Assembly: GCA_038883475.1 (NCBI GenBank)
Contig: JAVZMA010000004.1
Span: 18,690-82,689 of the forward strand
Direction: 5' to 3'
DNA length: 64,000 bases
Origin: Candidatus Bathyarchaeia archaeon
GTDB taxonomy: Archaea > Thermoproteota > Bathyarchaeia > Bathyarchaeales > Bathycorpusculaceae
How positions within the stretch are numbered: the stretch's first letter is position 1; each line of letters starts with the position of its first letter. The position numbers were made by a program, and so were the translations under genes. Below, piece by piece: positions 47,398 through 55,779 of this stretch. The notes under the pieces are model-generated. The model saw only the letters and a list, made by a program, of their open reading frames with translations, made no database searches and was not told the DNA's origin.

Positions 47398-48031
47398 AAA
47401 ATTGCCCATTGAAAAAAACAGTGAAAATGTTAAAACTGAAATCTGTAAGATTCTGAACAAGATTGGCGCTTTGGAATTCGGAGCCTTTAGGCTTACAAGC
47501 GGAAAAATAAGCCCTTACTACATAGACCTACGGATTGTTCCAAGTTTTCCTGATGCTTTCCACAAAATCTGCGATTTCTACGTAGACTTCATAAAGGAGG
47601 AAGTAGGCGCCGAGAAATTCGAGAGAATAGCGGGAATTCCGGTTGCAGGCATTCCCTTTGCGTCAGCTATAGCCTATCATCTGGAAAAACCGTTTTTATA
47701 TATTCGCAGAGGCGTTCGGCTTCATGGACGACAAAGGAGGGTGGAGGGGGTAATTGCTCCTGGAGACCATGTTCTGCTTGTTGACGATTTAATTACAACC
47801 GGCTTGTCTTTAAAGAAGGCTGCGAAGGCTATAACTGCTGAAGGTGGGGTTGTGTCTGATGCGGTTGTGCTTTTGGACAGGGAGGAAGGTGGTAAAGAGA
47901 GGCTTGAGAAAAGCGGGATAAAATTGCACGCCATGATTAAAGTTAGTGAAATAGCCAACAAGTTGTATGAGATAGGCGCAATAGACGGAGACCAGTTGAA
48001 AACAATTTTGAAGCAGGTTAAAAAGAGATAA
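47363..48031 (+). CDS. pyrE: orotate phosphoribosyltransferase
   Basis: GALEFGAFRLTSGKISPYYIDLR and PRPP loop VLLVDDLITTGLS. The track start overlaps the MBL gene by 35 nt; an internal TTG (47399) is possible. Confidence 0.85.
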   Translation: MAKYIKFLSGREKLPIEKNSENVKTEICKILNKIGALEFGAFRLTSGKISPYYIDLRIVPSFPDAFHKICDFYVDFIKEEVGAEKFERIAGIPVAGIPFASAIAYHLEKPFLYIRRGVRLHGRQRRVEGVIAPGDHVLLVDDLITTGLSLKKAAKAITAEGGVVSDAVVLLDREEGGKERLEKSGIKLHAMIKVSEIANKLYEIGAIDGDQLKTILKQVKKR

Positions 48032-48052
48032 GAAAATTAAGTTTAAGGAGTG

Positions 48053-48613
48053 CTATTCATAGAATATTAGTTCTTGCTTCTCCAGTATCTCATGAAGTTT
48101 GCTCACTGCATCATACACATCTTGCTCTTTCTTTGCCCCTGTACAGACGAGTTTACCGCTTGCAAACAAGAGTATAACAACCTTTGGATCATCCATTCTG
48201 TAAATTAGCCCTGGAAACTGTTCTGGTTCATACATTGTTTTGCCTAGCGTGTAAGCTGCTTTTTCTAAGTCTATCATTCCGCCTAAGCTGGCGGAAGCAA
48301 CAATGTTCTGGATTTTCAGTTCCGGCTTGCTTATGATTATTATTCCGCCCTTCTTCAATTCCTTAATCACTTTTACAACAGCCCTGCGAGCTTCCTTCTC
48401 AGATTTTGCGCCGGTGCAAACCATCTTTCCAGAGTTGAAAATTAGGGTAGCTGTCTTCGGTCTCTTAAGCCTAAAAACTAGCCCTGGAAACTGTTCGGGG
48501 CGATACTCCACGCCTGGATAGCCCTTAACGACGGCGTTTAGGTCAACCTTCTGGTTTAAGGTAGCGGAGGCGACGACGTTTTCGATGTTTACAACGGCTT
48601 TGCCTTTCGTCAT
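48053..48613 (-). CDS. tbp: TATA-box binding protein
   Basis: 186 aa. Two direct repeats carry IENVVAS / IQNIVAS and YEPEQFPGL.YR blocks. Confidence 0.95.
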   Translation of the reverse strand: MTKGKAVVNIENVVASATLNQKVDLNAVVKGYPGVEYRPEQFPGLVFRLKRPKTATLIFNSGKMVCTGAKSEKEARRAVVKVIKELKKGGIIIISKPELKIQNIVASASLGGMIDLEKAAYTLGKTMYEPEQFPGLIYRMDDPKVVILLFASGKLVCTGAKKEQDVYDAVSKLHEILEKQELIFYE

Positions 48614-48648
48614 CCAACATCACTTCCAATAGTGAATCTTAAATACCC

Positions 48649-48656
48649 TTTATAAA
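48649..48656 (-). promoter_or_regulatory. TATA box candidate for tbp
   Basis: Palindromic TTTATAAA centred about 39 nt upstream of the tbp ATG. Confidence 0.3.
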
Positions 48657-48881
48657 GCATTAGCCTTTAAAGCTGTCGATTCCTCTAGGCAAACCCCATT
48701 TTCCTGTTTTTAAAACTTCGTATCTGTGTCCGCCATGAGACTATGCTTCTAAATTTTATGAACCAATCAAAAGAATATGGTAATAAAACAATGTTTGAGG
48801 CATGCGCAACTTTTGGGATACAGAAATCTGTTATAGAATATTTTTCTACCAAAATTTTTTAAGAAACAAATCATAAATCAC

Positions 48882-50258
48882 TTGCGGGGGAGAAAGGTGT
48901 TAAGAAATAAATTATTCTCGACGGCTTTGATTGCCATAATCACCCTCACTTTGTTCATGACTATCGTAAGTATTCAAGTGCAAGCTGCTAAACCGCAGCA
49001 TCCACTGCTTAAAGGCGCTTATCGCTTTGAGAAGGAAGGCTGGATCTATGTACATCTGGAGGGAGATCCCTTCCAAATAGGCTATCAGCATGGCTACTTG
49101 CTTGCGGATAACATAAACATTTCTTGGAGCGCTGCAATCCACGTTTACTGGAGTGAGGAGGAATTCGGCGATCAATGGTATATTGCTCGCGATATTGCAA
49201 GAATCTATATATGGCAAAAACTCCCTGCCGAACAGAAAGTCGAGATTGAAGGGATCGCAGCTGGAGTAAGAGCGGCTGGTTACAACTGGGATAAGTGGGA
49301 TATTACTGCATTCAACGCATGGGCAGATATTGACGCCTACTGGGATGCCTACTTCGAGAAGGCGCATCCAAGTGGACATATTCCCCTACACCACTGGGAA
49401 AAGGGTTGTAGCGCGTTCATCGCCACTGGCGACGCTACAGCTGACGGCCAAATCGTTATAGGCCATAACACATGGGCTGGGTACGCTGGAGATGGATATT
49501 GGAACGTAATATTTGACATTAAACCGAATAAAGGACACAGAATGATCTACCAGAGCACAGGAGGGTGCATCTGGAGCGGGCAAGACTGGATTTATAATGA
49601 TGCAGGCTTAATGGTTTGCGAGACTACAGGTGTGCCTAGTGAACTTGAGGGCTATGACATCAAAGGAATACCACTGTTTGCTCGGGAAAGATACGCCATG
49701 CAGTACACGGACAACATAGACGACTGGATTGCCGTAATGACCTATAAAGGCAATGGCGCTTACGCAAACGAATGGTTGATTGGAGATGCAAAAACGGGGG
49801 AAATATGTCGTCTACAGCTGGGCCTTAAATGGAATATCACACGCACGTTCAACGGCTTTTTCGGCTCATGTAACCAAGCGAAATGGCGCACCATAAGATG
49901 GGAACAGCTCCGCCAACAATATTACGGCAGTATAACCGTTGAAATCGGCAAAATTATGCTATCTGACCACTACGACACATCTAAAAATGTAACAGCGCCT
50001 AGCAGAAATACAATTTGTGGTCACGGCGAAGAGGTTGGGAGGCCCTCTGGAGCCTACGACGGTAAAGTCACCAGCAGCTCTTTGGTGATGAAGGAAATGG
50101 GAATGTGGGGCCGATGGGGACACCCATGTGGAATATTATTCAATGCAACAGAATTCTTAGCAAAATATCCCCAATATGCATGGCAACTTCCATACCTGCA
50201 TGATATCCCATCAAAGCCAGTAAATTGGGCATACTTCACCAAGGACATGAAACCTTAA
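48882..50258 (+). CDS. secreted peptidase-C45/Ntn-hydrolase family protein
   Basis: Signal peptide ending VQA-A. YVHLEGDPFQIGYQHGYLL block and nucleophile context KGCSAFIATG. Confidence 0.65.
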   Translation: MRGRKVLRNKLFSTALIAIITLTLFMTIVSIQVQAAKPQHPLLKGAYRFEKEGWIYVHLEGDPFQIGYQHGYLLADNINISWSAAIHVYWSEEEFGDQWYIARDIARIYIWQKLPAEQKVEIEGIAAGVRAAGYNWDKWDITAFNAWADIDAYWDAYFEKAHPSGHIPLHHWEKGCSAFIATGDATADGQIVIGHNTWAGYAGDGYWNVIFDIKPNKGHRMIYQSTGGCIWSGQDWIYNDAGLMVCETTGVPSELEGYDIKGIPLFARERYAMQYTDNIDDWIAVMTYKGNGAYANEWLIGDAKTGEICRLQLGLKWNITRTFNGFFGSCNQAKWRTIRWEQLRQQYYGSITVEIGKIMLSDHYDTSKNVTAPSRNTICGHGEEVGRPSGAYDGKVTSSSLVMKEMGMWGRWGHPCGILFNATEFLAKYPQYAWQLPYLHDIPSKPVNWAYFTKDMKP

Positions 50259-50378
50259 GCAAAACCAAGTAATTCCCCTTCATTTTTCTGGCTTAACAGT
50301 ATCGTTTACATTGAATGCTTGCCTAAAACGCCTTTCAACTGTTTTTAAACTTCTCTTTCTAAATTCCGCGCAACACCA

Positions 50379-51005
50379 TTAGGTTTCAGAAGTCTTTTCC
50401 AAGCTTTCCCTTCGTTTAGATGCATCCTCTTTGCCAGAAAGTGCCGGAATAGCAAACTCCACGATTATGACCAATATTAAGAGCAGAATTATTATGAAAA
50501 TGCCGGAAGAGTTGTGCATAAAAAGTGCTATGTGCCCAAGCCAGGGGATGCGTAAAATGACTTTTCCCACAACTTTGTCTTGGGGGACTGGAATTGGGTC
50601 CGGAGAAGCACCTGTCATATCACCCTTTGTGACAAAGTAAATGATGCCGTTATTTGTGTAGTTGGATATGGCCCTATGAACTATTAATTCATCTCCGCGA
50701 TAAAAAACAATAATATCACCATACGGGTATGGACCTGTCTTAATTTGCTCCGGATTTATCCCTTGAACAACTATGATGTCTCCGGTATGAAGCGTTGGAG
50801 AGAAAGGGTGAGACCACCCGTCACAATGCATACCTTGCACTGTGCACATGCTACCTGAGGCTACTGCCAAAAATGGATGCGGAGTGTTCAAGACCATTTG
50901 TGAGCCGTACCAGAATCCGAGAACTATCGCTATAAGCAGTATAACCATTAACGCCGTGTTAAAATACTCGTTTTTCCACAGCCGACTCAATTTTTCTTTT
51001 GCCAA
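50379..51005 (-). CDS. archaeal signal peptidase I (S26B)
   Basis: N-terminal TM span, catalytic Ser context VASGSM, GDIIVV, and His context VHRAI. Confidence 0.75.
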   Translation of the reverse strand: MAKEKLSRLWKNEYFNTALMVILLIAIVLGFWYGSQMVLNTPHPFLAVASGSMCTVQGMHCDGWSHPFSPTLHTGDIIVVQGINPEQIKTGPYPYGDIIVFYRGDELIVHRAISNYTNNGIIYFVTKGDMTGASPDPIPVPQDKVVGKVILRIPWLGHIALFMHNSSGIFIIILLLILVIIVEFAIPALSGKEDASKRRESLEKTSET

Positions 51006-51116
51006 AGCCGCGCCTTCTGTTACGCTAACGCGTTCTTGTTGATTTAGCCTTCCACATTTTAAAACTTAACGCTTAAAACAAAAAATAAAAATAAAGGGAT
51101 GTTGCGGATTCTAAGT

Positions 51117-51332
51117 TTAGAGTTCTATACCTTCGGCACCCAGTTTGGCTTTACTCACAACGCCTTTGAATTTCTTGCCGCATTTTGGACATTCGAACAT
51201 GCCAAATATCGTCACTGTAATTCTCATCTTGCTGTCTGGGAAAGGGGCGACTAACTCCCATGTCTTATATGGGTCTTTAGCTGGTGTCCCACACTCTGGA
51301 CAGTTATTTTCTCTTGTTTTGCCCTTTGGCAT
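51117..51332 (-). CDS. small zinc-ribbon protein (paralogue 1)
   Basis: 71 aa. CPECG ... CPKCG knuckles flank W....KM.I...I.G.FE. Confidence 0.55.
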   Translation of the reverse strand: MPKGKTRENNCPECGTPAKDPYKTWELVAPFPDSKMRITVTIFGMFECPKCGKKFKGVVSKAKLGAEGIEL

Positions 51333-51357
51333 GTGTGTCGCCGATGCTTCTATGTGT

Positions 51358-51528
51358 TTAAACCTTCTTTTTGCTCAGAACTTCTCGGAAGGGTTTCTTG
51401 CATTTTGGACAATCGAACAAGCCGATTTCTAACTGCATTCTTTTACCGGATTTGTCTGGGCGTCCAGCCATCGTCCACTTCTTCTTAGGCGATGAAACTT
51501 GCGTTCCACATTTCGGACATTTAGCCAT
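51358..51528 (-). CDS. small zinc-ribbon protein (paralogue 2; 56 aa, absent from the ORF track)
   Basis: Hand translation: MAKCPKCGTQVSSPKKKWTMAGRPDKSGKRMQLEIGLFDCPKCKKPFREVLSKKKV. Aligns along its length with the 71-aa neighbour. Confidence 0.5.
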   Translation of the reverse strand: MAKCPKCGTQVSSPKKKWTMAGRPDKSGKRMQLEIGLFDCPKCKKPFREVLSKKKV

Positions 51529-51997
51529 TTAATTTCCTCCAACATATACTCGGTATTCATGGTTTCATATGATGATAGATAAATAATTTTCCATTGCTTT
51601 CGAATACAAAATTCAGATTTAAACATCACGTTTATACATGTTTTTGCAAAGAGAATGGGATAATTCTTTAAGAACTTTTGAGTTAAACGCTTAAAAAAGC
51701 GCATGTAACTGAATCTACTAGGTCATGAAGGAAAACCAGCTTACCTGTTTTTAACCCATCCCCTATAATTTTTGGGCATACCATACCCTCCTGAGACTTA
51801 TGGAACATAGCAGTTGCGGGTTTGTAACTGTGATGAAAGAAATAAGTTCGCAAAGAAAACGACTAAAGCAACCTTTGACGGCGCGTAAACATGAAGGCAA
51901 ACAACAAATATAACTAAAAATAAGCTGATGTGAACCATGAAATTGCCATGAAAATTACAAAAACGTCAAGGAACATGCCATGTTACGTGAGCATGTT

Positions 51998-52507
51998 TTA
52001 TTGTTCAAGGTTTTTGGAGAACCAGATGTAGGTTTGCGCTTCTTTGAATCCAAGCCTTTTAATGAAGTGTATTCCAGCAGGGTTGTTGCTTTCCACATCC
52101 ACTATTGCTATGCGCGCGCCTTTGTCTTTAAACCGCTTTTCCAACTCCCTGTACAACCTTCTTCCCACACCACGTTTGCGCCTGATTTTCCGCACGCCAA
52201 TCCTGGTGAAGTAACCGTATGTCCATGGACTATAAGGACGTTTCAAAATTGTTCCTATGGCGAAACCCACTATTTTCTTTGATTCAGTGTCCTCTGCTAC
52301 AAGGCAGAGTTCGGGGTCTCCGCTGAAAAGCGATAGTAACTCGTCAATGTTCCATGTCCTGTAAGCGAACTGTAGGCTTGAGGGAGTGAAGATTTTTTCG
52401 CCTAAGTGCCAAATCTGTGGCAAGTCTTCTAGAGTCATTTGCCGAATTTCAAGATGGCTTTTCCTGTTCTTTGCGCGCTTAGCACTTTGTTTGGTTTTTT
52501 TAGCCAA
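51998..52507 (-). CDS. GNAT family N-acetyltransferase
   Basis: 169 aa. IGVRKIRRKRGVGRRLYRELE acetyl-CoA-binding motif. Confidence 0.7.
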   Translation of the reverse strand: MAKKTKQSAKRAKNRKSHLEIRQMTLEDLPQIWHLGEKIFTPSSLQFAYRTWNIDELLSLFSGDPELCLVAEDTESKKIVGFAIGTILKRPYSPWTYGYFTRIGVRKIRRKRGVGRRLYRELEKRFKDKGARIAIVDVESNNPAGIHFIKRLGFKEAQTYIWFSKNLEQ

Positions 52508-52631
52508 CGGCTTTCTCTCAATTTCACCTTAAAACAATGGCAATATAAGCTATTTGGAATTTAAACTCTAAGAAACATAAGCACCATGGTAGCAAAGGAA
52601 GCTGTTATATGTGGAAAACGCATGATTTCTT

Positions 52632-54524
52632 TTATTCTTCTTCAAAGTTTTCTGGTGGAATATAATCGCCGAAACGTTCTTTGGCTTTAAGCAGACGCTC
52701 ACGCTGTTGATCCAGTATTTCAAAGAGTTCTGCTGGTGTGTCCGCAACTTTTTCTCTGTAAAACTTTTTCACCCGCTCAATTTTAGCCAAGTTTTCGGGA
52801 ACCCGTATGGTAAATTGTTTGATGTAATCATCCTTCCTGTATTCCTTACCTAATATTTGTTTGAAGAGTGAACGCAAATCCTCATATTTTGGAATCTGGC
52901 CTGTTGGAGACCTTATTGCTCCAACATCATTATGCACACGCAATTCCATCCATTTCACCCAGACATGCTTGTCCCGCGGAGCGTTCAAGAATTTTCCAGT
53001 TTCCCTATCTCTTAGGAAGTAGTTTACTCCAAAGATAAGCGGCGGCTTTCTAAGTTTCTTTCCAAAGTTTAGGTTGTTGCGGATGTTCTGCCCTAAAGGA
53101 ATGGAGATAAAGTCTTGGATGCTCATCATGTTTATTTCCGGTATGCCTTCTTCGCCGACGATGGCAAAGGTTGTTTCAGTCTCTAAAGAAGCCCCGTAAC
53201 AGATAATGCCATGCTCCCAGTTGAAGCTTTGCTGAACTGGCACATATGCTTTAGCATCGCGCCCACCATACATTACGCCGCCTAACTCCACGCCTAAAGG
53301 ATTATCTAGTTCTGGGTCACAGTTTTCCAAGGCTTTTAAGGCTACGGTGTAGCGGGCGTTTTTGTGAGCTGGCGGAATGGGATTGCCATGCTCATCCTTT
53401 TTACCTTCCCACCAATATCCCGTGTAATTTATTCCGTCCTTTGGAATTTCACAACCCATGCCCAACCAGTAGGGCTTACCATCCTTAACTAAAACATTTG
53501 AAAAAATAACTTCGCCGGGGCTAGTAAGCACTTTGAAGATTACTGGGTCGTCTATGGGGTTTATGTCTTGGATGATACCGAATATGCCGCATTCAACATT
53601 CACTGCGCGGGCAACTGAACTAATATTGCGAATGTAAGCAATGTCATCACCTAATATGGTTTCTCCAGGAAGCATGGCGGTGGAAGTCTTACCGCAAGCA
53701 CTTGGAAAAGCGCCAGCAAAGTAGGTTTTGCGGCCATTTGGACCATGTACTCCCATGATCATCATGTGTTCGGCCAGCCACCCTTCTTGGTTTGCTTTGC
53801 GTATTGCAAGGCGAAAAGCAAGTTTTTTAAAGCCAACGGAATTGCCAGCATACTGGGTGTTGACGCTGTAGATGGTGTCTTCCGAGTAATCGATGTATAC
53901 ACGTTTTTTATCGTGCTCCACGCTAACCATGTTCTCATTTAACTTTCCTGCTGAATGCAGAACACGCAAAAAGTTCCTGTATGGATCTGCGTGGCGGAAA
54001 ACTTCATAACCGGGTCTAAAGAGAAGGGTTTCAGAGTGGGCTACATACCAAGAGTCAGTGCACTGCAAACCAAGAATTGTGAATATGGAGTTAGGGGGTC
54101 CTAAGGAAACGAAGCGAACAATCATTGTGCGACCTTTCATCGCATCTTTAAGCAATCCTTTCACTTCTGCTAAGCCTTCATCCCTATCAATTTGGTTGAG
54201 CGCTTTGCTGAGGTAATCGCCTTTCGGCACCAAATATTTAGTAGCTTCGCGGTCTCTTCCTTGATCGTATGGACCATCAAAGTGGACGGTGTGTCCAGGA
54301 ATTGCGAGAGGTTTCTCTTCGCCTGTGGCGATTGCTTGATTTCGAATATATGCAATATCTTCGGGAGAATCGTTGCAGACAAAGATGCTTTCTGGGTTGC
54401 AGAGTTCAGCTGCTTCAGCGATGAACTGGTGAACTTTTTGGTTGGTTATTGCGCATAGTTTTTCATAGTCTATATGACTCATTTTTGACCGTAGCGCTTC
54501 AAGGTATGTGCTTGTTTTCTGCAA
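52632..54524 (-). CDS. pckG: phosphoenolpyruvate carboxykinase (GTP)
   Basis: 630 aa. Kinase-1a motif FPSACGKTS and GDDIAY. Confidence 0.9.
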   Translation of the reverse strand: MQKTSTYLEALRSKMSHIDYEKLCAITNQKVHQFIAEAAELCNPESIFVCNDSPEDIAYIRNQAIATGEEKPLAIPGHTVHFDGPYDQGRDREATKYLVPKGDYLSKALNQIDRDEGLAEVKGLLKDAMKGRTMIVRFVSLGPPNSIFTILGLQCTDSWYVAHSETLLFRPGYEVFRHADPYRNFLRVLHSAGKLNENMVSVEHDKKRVYIDYSEDTIYSVNTQYAGNSVGFKKLAFRLAIRKANQEGWLAEHMMIMGVHGPNGRKTYFAGAFPSACGKTSTAMLPGETILGDDIAYIRNISSVARAVNVECGIFGIIQDINPIDDPVIFKVLTSPGEVIFSNVLVKDGKPYWLGMGCEIPKDGINYTGYWWEGKKDEHGNPIPPAHKNARYTVALKALENCDPELDNPLGVELGGVMYGGRDAKAYVPVQQSFNWEHGIICYGASLETETTFAIVGEEGIPEINMMSIQDFISIPLGQNIRNNLNFGKKLRKPPLIFGVNYFLRDRETGKFLNAPRDKHVWVKWMELRVHNDVGAIRSPTGQIPKYEDLRSLFKQILGKEYRKDDYIKQFTIRVPENLAKIERVKKFYREKVADTPAELFEILDQQRERLLKAKERFGDYIPPENFEEE

Positions 54525-54538
54525 TTTTATTTAGCCCC

Positions 54539-55528
54539 TTACAAATCGTAAACTAATCCTGGAATTTTGGGAAATGGTTGAGTTTCCCCTATGTGTTTTG
54601 CTCCTACAATCCAGCTGACGAGCCTCTCCATACCTATTCCTGCACCCGCTGAAGGACAGATTTTTCTCTCCTTTGCTAATGACAACAGCACTTTAAAGTT
54701 TTCCTTTTTAACACCGTCTCGCTCCATTTTCCTAACAATTTTTTGGTAATCCCACTCTCTTCTTGAACCGGACAAAACCTCGCCGTATTTTGGGAGAATC
54801 AAATCGTAATTGTCCCATTTTCCGCTTTCAAAATCTTCGAAGTCATAGAATTCTCGCGGAATATTTACGACCCACAGCGGGTCTTGAGTTTCAAGTATCA
54901 CTTTGGTTTCCCAATCTTTCCCATATCTATACTCAAGTTCCTCTCTGTCGCAAACCTTGAAGGGCGCGCTGGGAACATTTAAACGGTTATATGTTCCAAG
55001 GTAATTTAACTCGTCGCGAAGGTTTTTCCTTAAACTTTCTAGTAATCCGCAAAATATTTTCTCGACAAACCTTCTTATGTCGCCAGAAGTGGCTTCTCTA
55101 ACCTCAAAATCAAGCTGTGTGAATTCGTAAGCGTGAATCCCACTGTTCGCCCTTTCATTCTTCTCTATCCTCACGTTTGGAGATAACGCGAACAATTTTG
55201 GGTAAGCTAAAGAACAAGCAACCATCTTGTGAACTATCATGCTTAAAGTCGTTCTAACAGTCTCACCATAAATCTCCACTTCAATGCGTTTCTCAAGAGA
55301 TGCGCCTGGATCTGGCCATAAAGGGTCTGTTGACTTAGAGAATACCACGGGCAAAAGCCATTCAAACCCATTTTTGACGAATTCGCATGTTAAATACTTT
55401 AGTGCGTGCGTCATTACTTTGCTTATACATTTTTTTCTCGTGATTTCTTCCTCTGAAAGTTGTTCTAGTGGTTTTGGCATCTCAATGACCTTGCTCTTAA
55501 TTATTGGCAAACCTTTTTGGGTGGACAT
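54539..55528 (-). CDS. class II aminoacyl-tRNA-synthetase catalytic-core paralogue (archaeal AsnA/asparagine synthetase A-like)
   Basis: 329 aa. Class II motif 3 (GAGIGMERLV). No N-terminal OB anticodon-binding domain. Confidence 0.6.
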   Translation of the reverse strand: MSTQKGLPIIKSKVIEMPKPLEQLSEEEITRKKCISKVMTHALKYLTCEFVKNGFEWLLPVVFSKSTDPLWPDPGASLEKRIEVEIYGETVRTTLSMIVHKMVACSLAYPKLFALSPNVRIEKNERANSGIHAYEFTQLDFEVREATSGDIRRFVEKIFCGLLESLRKNLRDELNYLGTYNRLNVPSAPFKVCDREELEYRYGKDWETKVILETQDPLWVVNIPREFYDFEDFESGKWDNYDLILPKYGEVLSGSRREWDYQKIVRKMERDGVKKENFKVLLSLAKERKICPSAGAGIGMERLVSWIVGAKHIGETQPFPKIPGLVYDL

Positions 55529-55779
55529 CGTTATTCACGCTTATTTTGCCAGACTAGAATAGCAATCTTGGTTATAAATTTTTTATAATAATTTTTAAAA
55601 TTTTTCCAAATAAAACTTTTAATTTATATCATAAAATGTAATAATTACAATTATTCAAAAACATGCTCAGTTACGCTTATTAATGAAGAAAGTTTATGCA
55701 TACTTTTCCAAAGAATTTCCAAAACGCTTTTACATGTGGTTTTGTGCTTATTCTCTTGACATCTGAGGTTTAGCCGAGC

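Noticed and set aside
51429-51704. 91-aa track ORF on the minus strand.
   Set aside because: It overlaps the 56-aa zinc-ribbon ORF in another frame. The zinc-ribbon frame has a clear paralogue next door, whereas the 91-aa translation has no features and runs through a promoter-like A/T-rich sequence.
51529-51997. C/D-box sRNA candidates (ATGATGA at 51569-51575, GTGATGA at 51829-51835) and small ORFs in the 469-nt gene-poor gap.
   Set aside because: No CTGA D box lies at the expected 50-70 nt spacing, and there are no internal D'/C' boxes. The only ORFs are under 20 codons and have no ribosome-binding context. The region remains unexplained.
55571-55660. A+T-rich stretch as a replication origin.
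   Set aside because: There is no adjacent orc1/cdc6 gene and no dyad ORB-like repeats. The TTTCCAAA repeats are direct, not inverted. Ordinary divergent promoters explain it better. It is kept only as a low-interest finding.
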